From Squalus acanthias (Eukaryota): a stretch of DNA of 64,000 nucleotides. Below, piece by piece: positions 12,892-25,721 of this stretch. The notes beneath the pieces are model-generated. The model made no database searches. It saw only the letters and a program-made list of their open reading frames with translations, and was not told where the DNA came from. The DNA lies in assembly GCA_030390025.1 (NCBI GenBank), contig CM059428.1:33356001-33420000 (forward strand), in the 5' to 3' direction. The position numbers were made by a program, and so were the translations under genes. The first letter of the stretch is position 1; each line of letters starts with the position of its first letter.

Positions 12892-13623
12892 ATGGCTCTT
12901 AACTTTTATGCATCTGGCTCCTTCCAGGCTACTGCTGGACATATAAGCAACATCTCACAGTTTGCAGTACACTGCTGTAGAGAGACAGCTTCATCTCACT
13001 CCCTCTTGCCAGACACAAGCAGGCAGAGTGAGCACGAGAATTTGCTCAGATTGCAGGCATCTCCATGGTACAGGGTGCCACTGACTTCACGCACATTGCT
13101 TTGCATGCGCCGCATGTCAACTCTGACAATTTCCTGAACTGAAAGGGATTCCACTCCCTCAATGTGCAGCTGGCAGCGCATCATGCAGGTGAATGCTCGG
13201 TATCCTGGCAGTAGTCACGATTTGTTCATCCTGTGGCAGTCCACTGTGCCAGCTGTATTTGAACCTCCACGAAAAGTCAAAGGTTGGCTACTGGGTAACA
13301 AGGGTTATCCACTCATGACATGGCTCATGATTCCACCTGGAACTCGTGCACAGCAGGCATACAATGGTGGACACCATCAGCATCCTCAAGCAATGCTTCC
13401 GCTGCCTGGACCACTCTGGAGGAGCCCTGCAGTACTCAGCTGAATGGTATCAAGATTTGTGGTGGTCTGCTGCATGCTGCACAACCTGGCCATTATGAGG
13501 GAGCAGTCCTTGCCACCACCTATCAGGCGAGAAGCTGAGGAGCAGGAGCACAGGGAAGTGGGGGAGGAGATAGTGGAAGAGAAGGAAGACAACACAGACA
13601 GCCCCCTTCTGCCCAGGCAGTAG
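12892..13623 (+). pseudogene. Harbinger transposase pseudogene (5'-truncated)
   Basis: [27 protein letters not shown] and [16 protein letters not shown] motifs, ...CCMLHNLA, acidic tail; frameshifted. Confidence 0.9.
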
Positions 13624-13885
13624 GTGATCAAATAATTCAAGAGCGATACCAGTAACCTCAACCACAACTCCCCATTAAACAACAGTCCCACACTTCTTAT
13701 CGTTCCTCTATCACTGACCATCACATCGTCCTCTTTCCGACAGCACAAAATACACATTCTAATCCAAATTTATAAATTAAATCAATATGTAATGCATACA
13801 AAAATAAACAAATCCCCCTTGTGCATTCGCTTACTGCCTCTTCCGTGTGCCTTTGCCTCTCCTAGTGCTCCTATGAGGTGCTTTC

Positions 13886-15552
13886 CTAGTGGCTGCAGCA
13901 TAGCTGATGGAAGACTGCAGATGGCCTTGGAGGGCTACCTCGAGCAGCTCTGGGCCTGGAAGACCCAGCTTCAGACTGCACCATCTCAGCCTGGGTTGCA
14001 GCAGTCTGGGCTGACTGGCTGACAGGCAACTGCAAAAGCACTGGCGGAGTGGCAGGTGTGGGAGCACGAATGCTGTCATCCTGAAAGAGGACAGCAGGTT
14101 CGTACTCCACGGAGCCACAACCACTCACCTGGGGCGGTGCCTCTGCAATCCTAGTAATCTTTTGGAGAACAGATTGCTGGAATGCTGTGACACCCTGGAA
14201 CCCTTTTGAACACTGATATCTAGAAGTCTGAGCTTCCATTACAGCACTCAGACTTTTGGTGGAAGCTGCTTGTGCTGCAATGGAAGCGGAGACATCGGCC
14301 AACAGATGCTGCATCATGGTGTGCTGATGGAGGTGACCACCAGTTGCATGTTGGAAAGGATGGGCTCCAAGCTTTGCGCAAAGCCGTGCCAACTTGGTGC
14401 TGGACTCCTCCATGCTCCTTGGCATTGAGCACAGGCTTTCTGGCAGGCTTTTCAGAGCACCAAGCTTTTGGATGTGTGCACCCATCAGCCTTTATCTGTA
14501 GCCTGGCCCATCGAGTCCTCTGCAGCAGAACTAGTGTGCGACCTTGCCCTCCGGTGAGCTGGCACTTGCGCTATTCTTTCCCCACACCACACCGGCACCT
14601 GTGCCCAGCGTCTCACCACGTGCAGATCCCTCCTCTATCCTATCCTCTAAAATACGCACAGTGTCAGTATCTGAGCTAGTGACTGTGACTGAGATCGAGT
14701 GATGGTGTCTCTTCAGCTTCACTTTCTTCTTCCACGCCTTCCACTGACTTGGCAGGTTCCAGTTCCTGGATATCTGAAATGAAAAAGGGACAAGGGTTGT
14801 GTTGTGGTGATAGGAGAGAAGTGCATGCTTACACCATCTGCAGCTTGTGAGCCAGAAGCAATTGAAGAAAGAGGAGAGGGAGAAGTGGGATGAGAGAAGG
14901 AGGATTAGGTATGCGGATAGCCTCATCTTCAATCGCTTCAGCCCCGCCACAGGCCACGGCCTCAGCGATGCCCCTTCCCATGATGGCCAGCACGGTCTCC
15001 TCCATGGGGGTTAAAACATGCAGACATGCTTGTCCCCCTCCAGTTAATGAATGCTGCCTTCTGTTATGCGCCACCTTCTCCTGCAAGATGAGGGAGTCGT
15101 GCAATATGTTTGGGTGATGTGGCTATCATTGTTGAATAGCTGTCAGTGTGTGCGAGCTGAGTATGAGCTTGCAAAATGCTAAGTGTGTGAGGTTTGAGTC
15201 CTGATTGATAGAGATTGTTGGTAGGTGAATGATGGGGGTATAGCGAATTGAGCAGTGGCTGAGGCTAGTGGTGCAGTTGGTAGGATATGGCATTTGAAGA
15301 TGAACTCAGTGACCTTGACAACTCATGTGAGATCATTGAACTTCTTCCTGCATTGCATCCATGTTCAACGAGCATGTTCCTGGCATTGACCTCTGCTGCT
15401 GTTTCTTCCCATTGCCTCCTGAACATGTGTATGGAGGCCCTTCTGCCCCCCCAGAGAATATAGGACATCTCTCCTCCATTCTCCTCATCCACCAAGACCT
15501 CCAGTGAAGTGTCTGAAAACCTTGGTGCATGCTGTCTACCATGGTCAGCCAT
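13886..15552 (-). pseudogene. Harbinger Myb/SANT-like partner gene, three predicted exons (~15552-15314; 15080-~14920; 14773-~13886); element terminus at 15846
   Basis: APRFSDTSLEVLV...RRQWEETAAEVNAR...KKFND in exon 1; acceptor cttgcag then EKVAHNRRQHSLTGGG; acceptor tttcatttcag then acidic EEESEAEETPSLDL. Convergent with the transposase, and disrupted. Confidence 0.8.
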
Positions 15553-16502
15553 TGGTCAAAGCATCAGAGCACAGATTCAGTTTTCAAATGGCTCCCACCA
15601 GTTCTTACAGCCACAATGCACCTCTCCGTTAAGAGGTGCAGGCTGCCTTTAAGTAGCGCAAGGCACTCGCACCATCGGGCCCCCTGCTGATGTGTGCAGC
15701 CAATCAACAGCGCAGGGAATACTGGCTGCACACAGCAATCACGGAAAACAGCAAGCAGCACAAATTTGACGTGCTGCCTGTATCGCGGGTTAATCGCGCA
15801 TCACGATCCATGCTCCCGTTTTCGGGGGTTATCGAATTTGAACCCCTATGTAATTGTTGGCCAATGTGTTGAGTACAGGGTTGTTTGAAGTTGAAAAGAA
15901 CAGCTATGAATAGTAAACAGGCAATGCTTCTTTTGTAGGTAACCTCTAGAGGATGTAAAAATGCCACAGAGCAGGGAGATTGGGAAAGGGCGAGGGGGGG
16001 AGGGAAGATGAGAGAAAAGATTCTTAACTAACAAACATCACAAATCCTGCCTGGTTTTGGTTCATTGAGAAATCTGCGTGTTAAAAAAATACAAAGGATC
16101 ATCAGAACAGAAGAGGTCAATAATGCATTTTCCAAGATTTGCTCCAGGTTTCATTAGGGAGCCCAGTGTTAACCCAGGGTTCAGAATTCTGAAGATCAGC
16201 CCTACCCTTTTTTAAATGACTGTCTGTCTGTGTTTTGTAAGATTAACCCTAAAATCTAAAAGTTGTGTGATTCTTTTTCTGTTACTCTGTTTATTTTTAT
16301 CCTGTAATATGTTTGTTATAAACTCTTCAAGTAACAAGATATTTGTTGTTATCTCTTCTCAAAAAAAGTTTCTTTCTCTTTATCTGTCATTATCTTGAGA
16401 ACTTACGGTTGTAGTTATCTTTTTCCAGAAAGCTTCATACTGAGGGTATCCCTGTACATATGATTCTGGTAATGTGCCACTAGAAATGCTGAATATCATT
16501 TT

Positions 16503-16680
16503 TATTATTCATTCTTGGGATGTGGGCGTTGCTGGAAAGGCCGGCATTTATTCCCCATCCCTTGTTGCCCTTGAGAAGGTGGTGGTGGGCCGCCTTCTTG
16601 AACCACTGCAGTCCCTGTGGTGAAGGTGATCCTTCAGTGCTGTTAGGTAGGGAAGATTTTGGGCCACCAACAATGAAGGG
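16503..16680 (-). mobile_element. Retroposon 3'-tail fragment (similar pieces ~18253-18330 and ~19700-19760 on +)
   Basis: GGACTGCAGTGGTTCAAGAAGGCGGCCCACCACCACCTTCTCAAGGGCAAC...AATAAATG type sequence recurs in the window. Confidence 0.55.
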
Positions 16681-18347
16681 ATATTTATTGAAGATGTAGC
16701 CATTAATCTAACTGCTAGGGTTAAAGATTCAAAGTAACAGTCAGATAGGGAGGTATTATGGGGGAGTGTCTATTTAAGAGCCCATTGACTCACCCTATTA
16801 TGTGATATTGCTCATTGTGTAACACTTCTCTTTCCCACATTCTAAAAGTGTAAAATTCTAAATCTTCAGTGCATACACTAGAGCATCACATCAGAAAGTA
16901 TGAAATAAGAAAAGCCATTCATCCCATTAAATTCACTCTTCTGTACAATGTGCACTGTCTGTGACTCTTTTAAAATGACATAAGTAACCAAAAGTTTTTC
17001 CAAATCCACAGTGGCCTAACCAACGGTCCTTAAAGAGCCACCGAAGAAATCATCAGGTAAGTATTTTTATACTTTTATATAGAGTTTACACCACAGCAAC
17101 AGGCCACTCAGCCCAAATGGTCTATGCCGGCGTTTCTGCTCCACGCAAACCTCCTTCAACCCCTCTTCATCTCACCCTATCGGCATATCCTTCTATTCCT
17201 TTCTCCCTCATGTGCTTATCTAATGCTATTCGCCTCAACTACTCCTTGTGATGACGAGTTCCCCATTCTTACCTCTCTGAGTGAAGAGATTTTTCCTGAA
17301 TTCCCAATTATTATTTCCTCAATGTGGAGCCTAGAGGAGCCCCCTGCCTGATCATTTCTCCCCTCCCAGGACTTGCCTGAGCACCACGGCCGGTTCTGAG
17401 CCAGCTGAAATTTGGCAGGCCTTGACCGACGAGCTGCATCAGTGCACCCAATTTGCGCCCGCAGCTCACCAATCTGAAGATAAGGAGGCCCAAGGACCAA
17501 TTTAGGTCGGACCATAGCCTGCCTCTTCTGGCACGTGATTGCAGCGCACCACTGGTTCGTGCGCACTGAATTTGAGTCAAGGGTTGACCTTCCCCCCTCC
17601 TCCAGGGCCATGACCCCATTCCCTACAGTCACAGTCTAACTTGACTAATGGATTTAGGTTTGTCACCACCATTTTGCTTGGGTTACAAAAAAAAAAAATC
17701 GCTTTGCACAGAAAAGAGCCACATTCTGTGCACTTATGAAAATATTTCTCCAAGCCATTGCTAGATGGCAGTGTTCCTGTTTTTTTCACAATGTTTGTTA
17801 ATGGGTACAGTTAGTTCTATCCAGATTTCACCTCGTCACTCATTCTACTACACTTTCACATAAGGGCAAGTGATACTATGAGCCCCAATAGGTAATTGAA
17901 GGAGTAATGTGGTTGTGGTGGACTATGAATCCAGAAGTTACAAGTTCAGATCCCATCATGATAATTTGTGAAATTGAATTCAGTTAAATGTGTCTTTTAT
18001 GGTTCATTAATCCCCTTCAGGAAAGGGAATCTGGCCTACATTCAAAACGAGGTTTACTTTTAATATCCTAAATTAATTAAAACAATTTTCACGCATTAGA
18101 ACATAAGAAATAGGAGCAGGAGTAGGCCAATCGGCCCCTCGAGCCTGCTCCGCCATTCAATAAGATCATGGCTGATCTGATCCTAACCGCCAATCTACTA
18201 TCTATCACAGAACCATCTCCTGCATCTAACAGAATTAATAGGGATTCACAGGGATTGCAGCAGTTCAAGGAGAAGGCCCACCACCTTCTCGGGGAAACTA
18301 AGCAATAAATCATGTCACCCGCACCTCGAGTTGAAATTTTAAAAATG

Positions 18348-18665
18348 CAGTGTCAGCTTGGCTCAGTTGGCAGCACTCGGGCTTCTGAATCAGAAATTCA
18401 TGAATTCAAGCCACACTCCAGAAGATCCTGTGATATTATTTGAAGACCACCAGGGAGTTTTCCCAGTCAATACTCTTCCCTGAGCCAACACTGCCAAATT
18501 CAGATTCATGTCATTCATCTCATTTACTATTTGTGGGACTTTGTTGTACACAAATTAATTTCCACATTTACCTATGTAACAGTGACCGCACTTCAAAAGT
18601 AATTCATTGGATTTAAGCACTTTGGGACGTCCGGAGGATGTGATGAGGTGTTATATAAATGCGAG
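18348..18665 (+). mobile_element. Diverged SacSINE1-like SINE with internal deletion
   Basis: Head TGGCTCAGTTGGCAGCACTC and tail TATATAAATGCGAGT match the other copies. Confidence 0.7.
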
Positions 18666-19479
18666 TATCTACCCTTTCTTTCTGAGCAAGTTACAATTGT
18701 ATTAATGTAATCCATAAGGCTAGAAGGATCACACATTGTCTTAATTTACCAGTTTAACAACTTGAGGTTTAATTTGTCCTTCCCCAGGGGATGGCACGTG
18801 TTAGATCTCACCTCTATTCTACCACAACTTGCCAGTTCGTTAATCAGCAAGTTGATGAGAGTGGACGAGCACAGGGCAGCCAACTCCACCACTGGGGGTT
18901 TTGGAACAAAACTGAGCTGGGGTCAGGGAGTAAGTTGGGGGTACCACATCTTCTCTGTAAAATGATTTCACCGTATAACGTCAAACTGTCTCTGAATTTA
19001 CTCATGTAGCAGGGTCAATGTGTAAGTAGCTGAGACTTTTGTTGGCTTAAGTTTAGACTATCTACCAGCTGGATTAAAAGGGATTCAATATGGAATTATT
19101 TCAGTTCAATTGTAGGACATACATAGTAGTTTAATTGTCAATCAAGACCCACAATTGGTTGGGGGAACCAAGGTTTTATTTTAACTGTATGAGTATGCAG
19201 TACCATACTACTTCAGTAGGTGTCCTACCAGCATGAGGTGTTCCCATCATACTTCTACATCTAATCCAGGGTTGGGCAATTATTTGGGCTGGAGAGCCAC
19301 TTAACAAGTTTTGGTGAGCTGTTGAGAGCCACACACATAAAATGAATTGTGTTAACAACAGCTACCATTAAAATTTGTTATGGCATTTATTGAATAAAGA
19401 ACGCTTCATGTCATTTCCACACTTAATAAAAAATAACAATTAACATGCTAACAAACACAATACAGGTTTAACTTATCTT

Positions 19480-19565
19480 CACCTGACGAAGGAGCAGCGC
19501 TCCGAAAGCTTGTGATTTCAAATAAAACTGTTGGACTATAACCTGGTGTTGTGCGACTTCTTACA
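19480..19565 (+). mobile_element. 86-bp retroposed insertion with a minimal hammerhead ribozyme motif (19479-19515)
   Basis: 13-bp TSD TTTAACTTATCTT (19467-19479, 19566-19578); motif TCAC-CTGACGA-A-GGAGC-agc-GCTCC-GAAA-GC-TT-GTGA. Confidence 0.75.
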
Positions 19566-19883
19566 TTTAACTTATCTTGACTAATGACTAACTTATCTCA
19601 GTCATTGATATTATGCCATAATTAAAACTGTAAAACTAGTTGCTTGACAAGTACATGTGACTCCAGTCCCATACTATGTTATTGACTTTTAATGTCCTCA
19701 TGGCAACTAGGAATGGGCAATAAATGTTTTCTTACCAATGTTGCCCACATCCCAAGAATTTTTTTTTTAAACATTTCCGATTGTCAAATTTTGGACCCTG
19801 TATTCACCCAGAGGGCTTAAAAGTGACACTTGGGATTATCACAGACTTCAGAAACTAGGCACAAGTATTTGGTGAAACAATAG

Positions 19884-21489
19884 TTCTTCTTCTTCTTAGG
19901 CAGTTCTCAGGTGACTGATGAGTCCAATACGGGACCTACAGTCTCTGTCACAGGTGGGGCAGACGGTGGTTGAAGGGGCGGTGGGTGGGGTGCTTGGGTT
20001 GACATGCGCTCGGCTTCCGCTTGCTCCCGGCGAAGAGACTCGAGGTGTTCGGCGCCTTCCCGGATGCTTCTCCTCCACTTTGTGCGGTCTTGGGCCAGGG
20101 ATTCCCGGGTGTCAGTGGGGATGTTGCACTTTTTCAAGGAGGCTTTGAGGGTGTCCTTGAAGCGTTTCCTCTGCCCACCTGGGCCTCTCTTGCCGTGCCT
20201 GAGCTCCAAGTAGAGCGCTTGTTTTGGGAGTCTCGTATCGGGCATGCGGACGATGTGACCCATCCATCGGAGCTGATCGAGCGTGGTCAAAGCTTCGATG
20301 CTGGGGATGTTGGCCTGAGCGAGAACACTGACGTTGGTGCGCCTATCCTGCCAATGGATTTGCAGGATCTTGCGGAGGCAGCGTTGGTGGTACCTCTCCA
20401 GTGCTTTGAGGTGCCTGCTGTACATGGTCCATGTCTCTGAGGCATACAGCAGGGCGGGTATCACTGCTGCTCTGTAGACCATGAGCTTAGTGCCGGGTTT
20501 GAGGTCCTGGTCTTCAAACACTCTCTTCCTCAGGTGACCGAAGGCTGCACTGGCACACTGAAGGCAGTGTTGGACTTCGTCATCGACGTCTGCGCTGTTG
20601 ACAGTAGGCTCCCGAGGTATGGAAAGTGGTCCACGTTGTCCAAGGCCTTGTCGTGGATTTTGATAATCGGGGGGCAGTACTGTGTGGCGGGGGCAGGTTG
20701 GTAGAGGACCTTTGTCTTACGGATGTTTAATGTAAGGTCCATGCTCTCATACGCTTCGGTGAAGGTGTTGACGATGGTTTGGAGTTCGACCTCTGAGTGA
20801 GCGCAGATGCAAGCATCGTCTGCATACTGTAATTCGACGTCAGAGGATGGGACGACCTTGGATCTGGACTGGAGGCGACGGAGGTTGAACAGTTTCCCGT
20901 TTGTTCTGTAAATTAGCTCCACTCCAGCGGGGAGCTTACTGAGGGTGAGATGGAGCATTGCAGCAAGGAAGATCGAGAAGAGTGTTGGTGCGATGACACA
21001 GCCTTGCTTGACCTCGGTCTGTACGTGAATTGGGTCTGTGGTGGAACCACTGGTCAGGATCACGGCTTGCATGTCGTCGTGAAGCAGGCAGAGGATGGTG
21101 ACAAACTTTTAAGGGCAGCCGAATTTGAGGAGGACACTCCATAATCCCTCATGGTTGACAGTGTCGAAGGCCTTTGTGAGATCAAAGAAGGCCATGTACA
21201 GTGGTTGGTGCTGTTCCCTGCATTTCTTTTGTAATTGACGTGCGGTGAAGATCATGTCCATTGCACCCCTTAGTGGGCAGAATCCGCATTGAGACTCTGG
21301 GTGGAGCTCTTCGGCCACTGGGAGAAGGCGATTGAGGAGGATTCTTGTGATGACTTTCCCTGTGGCAAACAGCAGGAAAACTCCTCTGTAATTATCGCAA
21401 TCGGATTTGTGACCTTTCTTGAAGATGGTCACAATTACGGCGTCTCTGAGATCCCCTGCCATGCTCTCCTCCTTCCAGATAAGAGAAAT
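19884..21489 (-). mobile_element. 5'-truncated RTE-clade (BovB-like) LINE
   Basis: ESQCGFCPLRGAMDMIFTARQLQ, FFDLTKAFDTV, VKQGCVIAPTLF, LQYADD and LLYASETWT motifs; (AAG)n 3' tail at 19884. Confidence 0.92.
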
Positions 21490-23379
21490 GTATAATTTAC
21501 ATGTCAGTGAAAATAATCAGGTAGGAAATGAAGATTCCTACACAATTTATATATTAGACTATGGCAACTTATAGACAAGAGTTTTGATTGACTAGGAGCC
21601 CAAAAGATAAATGCAGAGTGTCGTTAAACATGTCACTGGTTTTCCTTGGGGATGACTCCACAATTCGGCTCTCCCCACTTGATCGTGGAATCAACCCTTA
21701 GAAATGCTGCTGTGATGTAAGGATCTCAGCAATGAGGGAACTTGGGAAGAGGAGAGAGAAAATATCTTACTTAACTTCTGCCAAAATTAAACTATATTTG
21801 AATCAGAATAAATAGACTCTGCAACGATTAATCCGTAATGGATGCATGATACAGACAAATGATTTACTAAGAAAACCACAAATTATATCAAGCCCAGCAT
21901 CATAGGTACAAATGACACACTGACTTGGTTTTTCCATTTAAAAGCCAGCTGCATGGGACCTTCAGAGCGCTGTGTAGCCGCGCAGCTTAAAGGGAACATT
22001 GGTTAGTGTATCTTGATAAAGCCTATCTTTTATTGTGTTTCGTTATAGATGCAATTTAGAATAGCATCCTCTGAACCCACTCGATTGAGTTTTACAATTA
22101 CAACTCAGTACATGAATTAACCACTCAGGTAAATAATACTGCAGTCTAACTCTGCTTAAGTCAGGGACGGTGTGTAAACAGGAAATAATGTCCAGCCAAA
22201 TGTGCAAAATGTTGTCATGTTTGTCCATGATTCAAGAGCTAGAATAGCAACTCAAGGCAATCTATTTATCTTGTGAATTCAGAAACGTCTAAATCTCAGA
22301 ATTTCCCCCCCCCCCCCAAAAAAAAATTCCAGGATTTAGGACCCCAGTTTGAGAACCACTGTGCGGGCCGGATAGAAACCATTGGTGGGCCGGATAGAGC
22401 CCGTGGGCTGTATTTTGCCCACCTCTGATCTAATCCCACTTCCAATACACAGTATGTCAGGTCTGCCTGAATTATCAGGTCAGTTATCTGCTGGTCTCGC
22501 CAAGATACTTGTCCATATGAGTTTGCCTTTGGACAAAGCCAAAACAGGTGGAGTTGGGAGCCTCTTTCAGGAAGAAGATGTGACTCAGTAGAGTTGAAAA
22601 CTGATTAACTCAGTGTACAATCAGAATGATGTCTGCTATATTCCAAGTCTTAGGTTCCTCACCTCACTCCTGCGCTCTGCCACCAAAACAATGACGCTGC
22701 TATACAGAGCTGCAGTGGGACACAGTTATTTACTTCAACTGGGTCTGTTGATCTTAATTTGGAGAACAACACAGAGCAGCTGCTGCTGTTTAAGGACATG
22801 GGCAAATAATCACCCAGTTTTTATCCTCTTGTGCATCATGTGTGCTCTTGTAAATCTCAACCCCTTTTTCTGCTTTATTGGTGGTGTGCTGTTATCTGTG
22901 GGAGCTATTTTGCAGAGACTTGTTTAAATGTTTCCTGCAAATCTTCTTCTAAAATTTCCAGGCTTAATTGATGGGAAATACCTTGCTATCTTCTCTCCAG
23001 GAGATAATAAATCATCAGGGTATGGCCTTGACTCACTTTCACATTATAGTTGCAAGGCTCAGTTGCTGACAGTTAAGCAATCTAAACAATTTTGCATCAT
23101 AGTAATAAAATTTGGGATGTTCAGTCTTTTGTGCTGAGATGGAAGAATCAATTTCAGAATAAGTGCTGGGGCTGCAGAGAGTGAAAGGAGAGAAGGCATT
23201 ATTTATTCCCTCCTAGAATTGATACTGCATTGACATTGCCAAATCATATAAATTGTCTGTAGTAGCTGTGATTTATTTCCTTGCTTGGATCCAAAGATCT
23301 AAACTCTCTAATAGAGCTTCCCTGATAGCCCAGTGCAAGGCAGCTTTAATTTGGTGCCTGATAAGGTTTTTTAGTATAG

Positions 23380-23730
23380 GTCCTATAATAGAAATCTAGT
23401 GGAGTGTACTGGTATTGGGGACTTAGTTGTATCTGGCAGTGAGACTGACTTTTTCAATTTTCTCTTTTCTCCTGGGCTATTCTATAAGTATTGGTGACTT
23501 CTTGGTGGGTCTGCTCCTGAGCTTGGCTAAAACAGCTATTTATAGCTCGAGGGCACGATGGATCTTTGGGGAGGGTCACTCCAATTACTTGCCTCTCACC
23601 CGCGGGCTTGTGAGTGACTCTAGAGAGAGATCACACGGTATGCTCAAAGCCTTCCACGACCAGTGAGAATTACAGGACATCAACGAAAGGAACCAGATCA
23701 TGATTTCATTCTATTTTTATTTGTAATATT
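23380..23730 (+). mobile_element. Probable L1/Tx1-clade ORF2 C-terminal fragment
   Basis: ORF 23427-23666 contains LVGLLLSLAKTAIYSSR, resembling Tx1-type C-termini; heavily decayed. Confidence 0.45.
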
Positions 23731-24138
23731 TTAGTTTGAATGGTTCATGTGACCTCCTGAGGAGGGCACTTTTAGTGATATTTGGCCCTGGTGGCATTGG
23801 GTAGCCCTAGTGCCACTCTATTGGTCCATTTCAAAAGGGTGCGCTGCACTCTGGTACCCCACCAAGTGGCCAATCTTCACATATTGGCCTAGATAGAAAA
23901 GGTTCTCAGGCTGTTGGATCACGGAAGACCAGGCTTGATCCTATTTTCACCTGACATCCACTCATGTACACTTTCCATTAGGAGTCATTACTTTACCAAT
24001 CAAAAGAAAGAACTTGCATTTCTATAGCGGCTTTCTTCACCGTAGGATGTCCTAAAGCGCTTTACAGCCAATGAAGTGTAGTCACTGTTGTAATGTAGAT
24101 AAAGGTTAAGTAATCATGATGTAATCAGGTAAGTACTT

Positions 24139-25479
24139 CACATGGTCCATCTCCGACTCTTCCCTTCCCTTCCTCGACTTCTCCATCTCCATCTCTGGGG
24201 ATAGGTTATTGACTAACATTCACTACAAGCCCACTGACTCCCACAGCTACCTGGACTACACTTCCTCCCACCCCGCCTCCTGTAAGGACTCTATTCCATT
24301 CTCCCAGTTTCTCCGTCTCCGCCGCATCTGCTCTGATGATGCCACCTTCCATACCAGTGCTTCCGACATGTCTTCCTTTTTCCTCAACCGAGGATTCCCC
24401 TCTACCGTGGTCGACACGGCCCTCGACCGTGTCCATTCTATCTCCCGCACTTCTGCCCTCACCCCTGCCCCTCCCTCCCGGAACCACGATAGAGTTCCCC
24501 TTGTCCTCACCTTTCACCCCACCAGCCTCCACATTCAACGGATCATCCTCCGCCATTTCCGCCACCTCCAGCGTGATCCCACCACCAAACGCATCTTCCC
24601 CTCACCTCCCCTTTCAGCATTCGCAGGGACCGCTCCCTCCGCAACACCCTAGTCCACTCCTCTACCACCCCCAGCACCCCTTCCCCTTCGCCCGGCACCT
24701 TCCCGTGCAAGCGCAGGAGATGCAACACATGCCCTTATACCTCCCCTCTTCCCACTGTCCAGGGCCCCAAACACCCCTTCCAGGTAAAACAGCGATTTAC
24801 TTGTACTTCCTGCAATTTAGTATACTGTATTCGCTGCTCACGATGTGGTCTCCTCTACATTGGGGAGACCAAACGCAGATTGGGTGACCGCTTTGCGGAA
24901 CACCTCCGTTCAGTCCGTAAGGGGGACCCCGAGCTCCCAGTCGCCTGTCACTTTAATTCTCCGCTCCACTCCCACTCTGACCTCACCGTCCTCGGCCTAT
25001 TACACTGTTCCACAGAAGCGCAGCGTAAGCTCGAGGAACAGCACCTCATCTTTCGTTTAGGCACGCTACAGCCCTCTGGACTCAATATCGAGTTCAACAA
25101 TTTTAGATCATAACCTCAGCCCCTATCACATTTATATTTTATTTTTTCATCCACCCTTTTGTTTGCCCCCCCCCTTTTTTCCCTCCTAGAAGCTGGCAGC
25201 TGTCCTTCATTCTGCCAGTGCATTTCACACTTCTTTTAACCTCAACCTGTCACATTAACACCACCTCTTGCCTTGATCATCTCTTAATGTCTCTTAATCT
25301 CTCCTTTTGTTCTTTCATCCCCTCCCCATTTTCCCAGCTTTATCCTTGCCTTAAATCTATTTCATTTCCTGCTATTTCCAGTTCTGACGAAAGGTCTTCG
25401 ACCTGAAATGTTAACTCTGTTTCTCTCTCCACGGATGCTGCCTGGCCTGCTGAGTTTTTCCAGCGTTTTCTGTTGTTAT
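24139..25479 (+). mobile_element. 5'-truncated Penelope-like element (RT C-terminus, GIY-YIG endonuclease, 3' hammerhead motif at 25380-25416)
   Basis: FLDFSI...YKPTDSHSYLDYTSSHP; CKRRRCNTC; LVYCIRCSRCGLLYIGETKRRLGDRFAEH; 9-bp TSD TAAGTACTT (24130-24138, 25480-25488); one frameshift near 24620. Confidence 0.92.
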
Positions 25480-25721
25480 TAAGTACTTGTACCAACTCTG
25501 TATGGAGTTATGCTACACTGGACAGCAGTTCCATCCACAAGGTCTTTGGAGCTTGAGATAGGTCGCTGTCTTCCAGGGGATGCTATGACTTCCATTTTGT
25601 GTACATTTTCTGAGTCATTTATGAATACATCATCAAAATGAGCATTGCCTCTCATAGCTACCTTGGTGGACTGGGTCAAGGAGCAATCATGCATTACATT
25701 TACCAATAATCATTCTAAACC

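Larger units (their letters stand above)
19267..22427. mobile_element. Non-autonomous hAT (Charlie-like) element carrying nested insertions
   Basis: TIRs CAGGGTTGGGCAA / TTGCCCACCTCTG; perfect 8-bp TSD ATCTAATC (19259-19266, 22428-22435). Confidence 0.85.

Noticed and set aside
14826-14843. Possible 3-5 nt micro-exon (ctgcag ATGGT gtaagc on the minus strand) in the Myb gene
   Set aside because: Single decayed copy; exon 2 can plausibly join exon 3 in frame without it, so it is unsupported.
5879-22361. One 16.5-kb hAT element defined by matching TIR types
   Set aside because: Flanking 8-mers differ (CTTTACCT versus TGCGGGCC) and the right end lies inside another hAT element; these are separate fragments.
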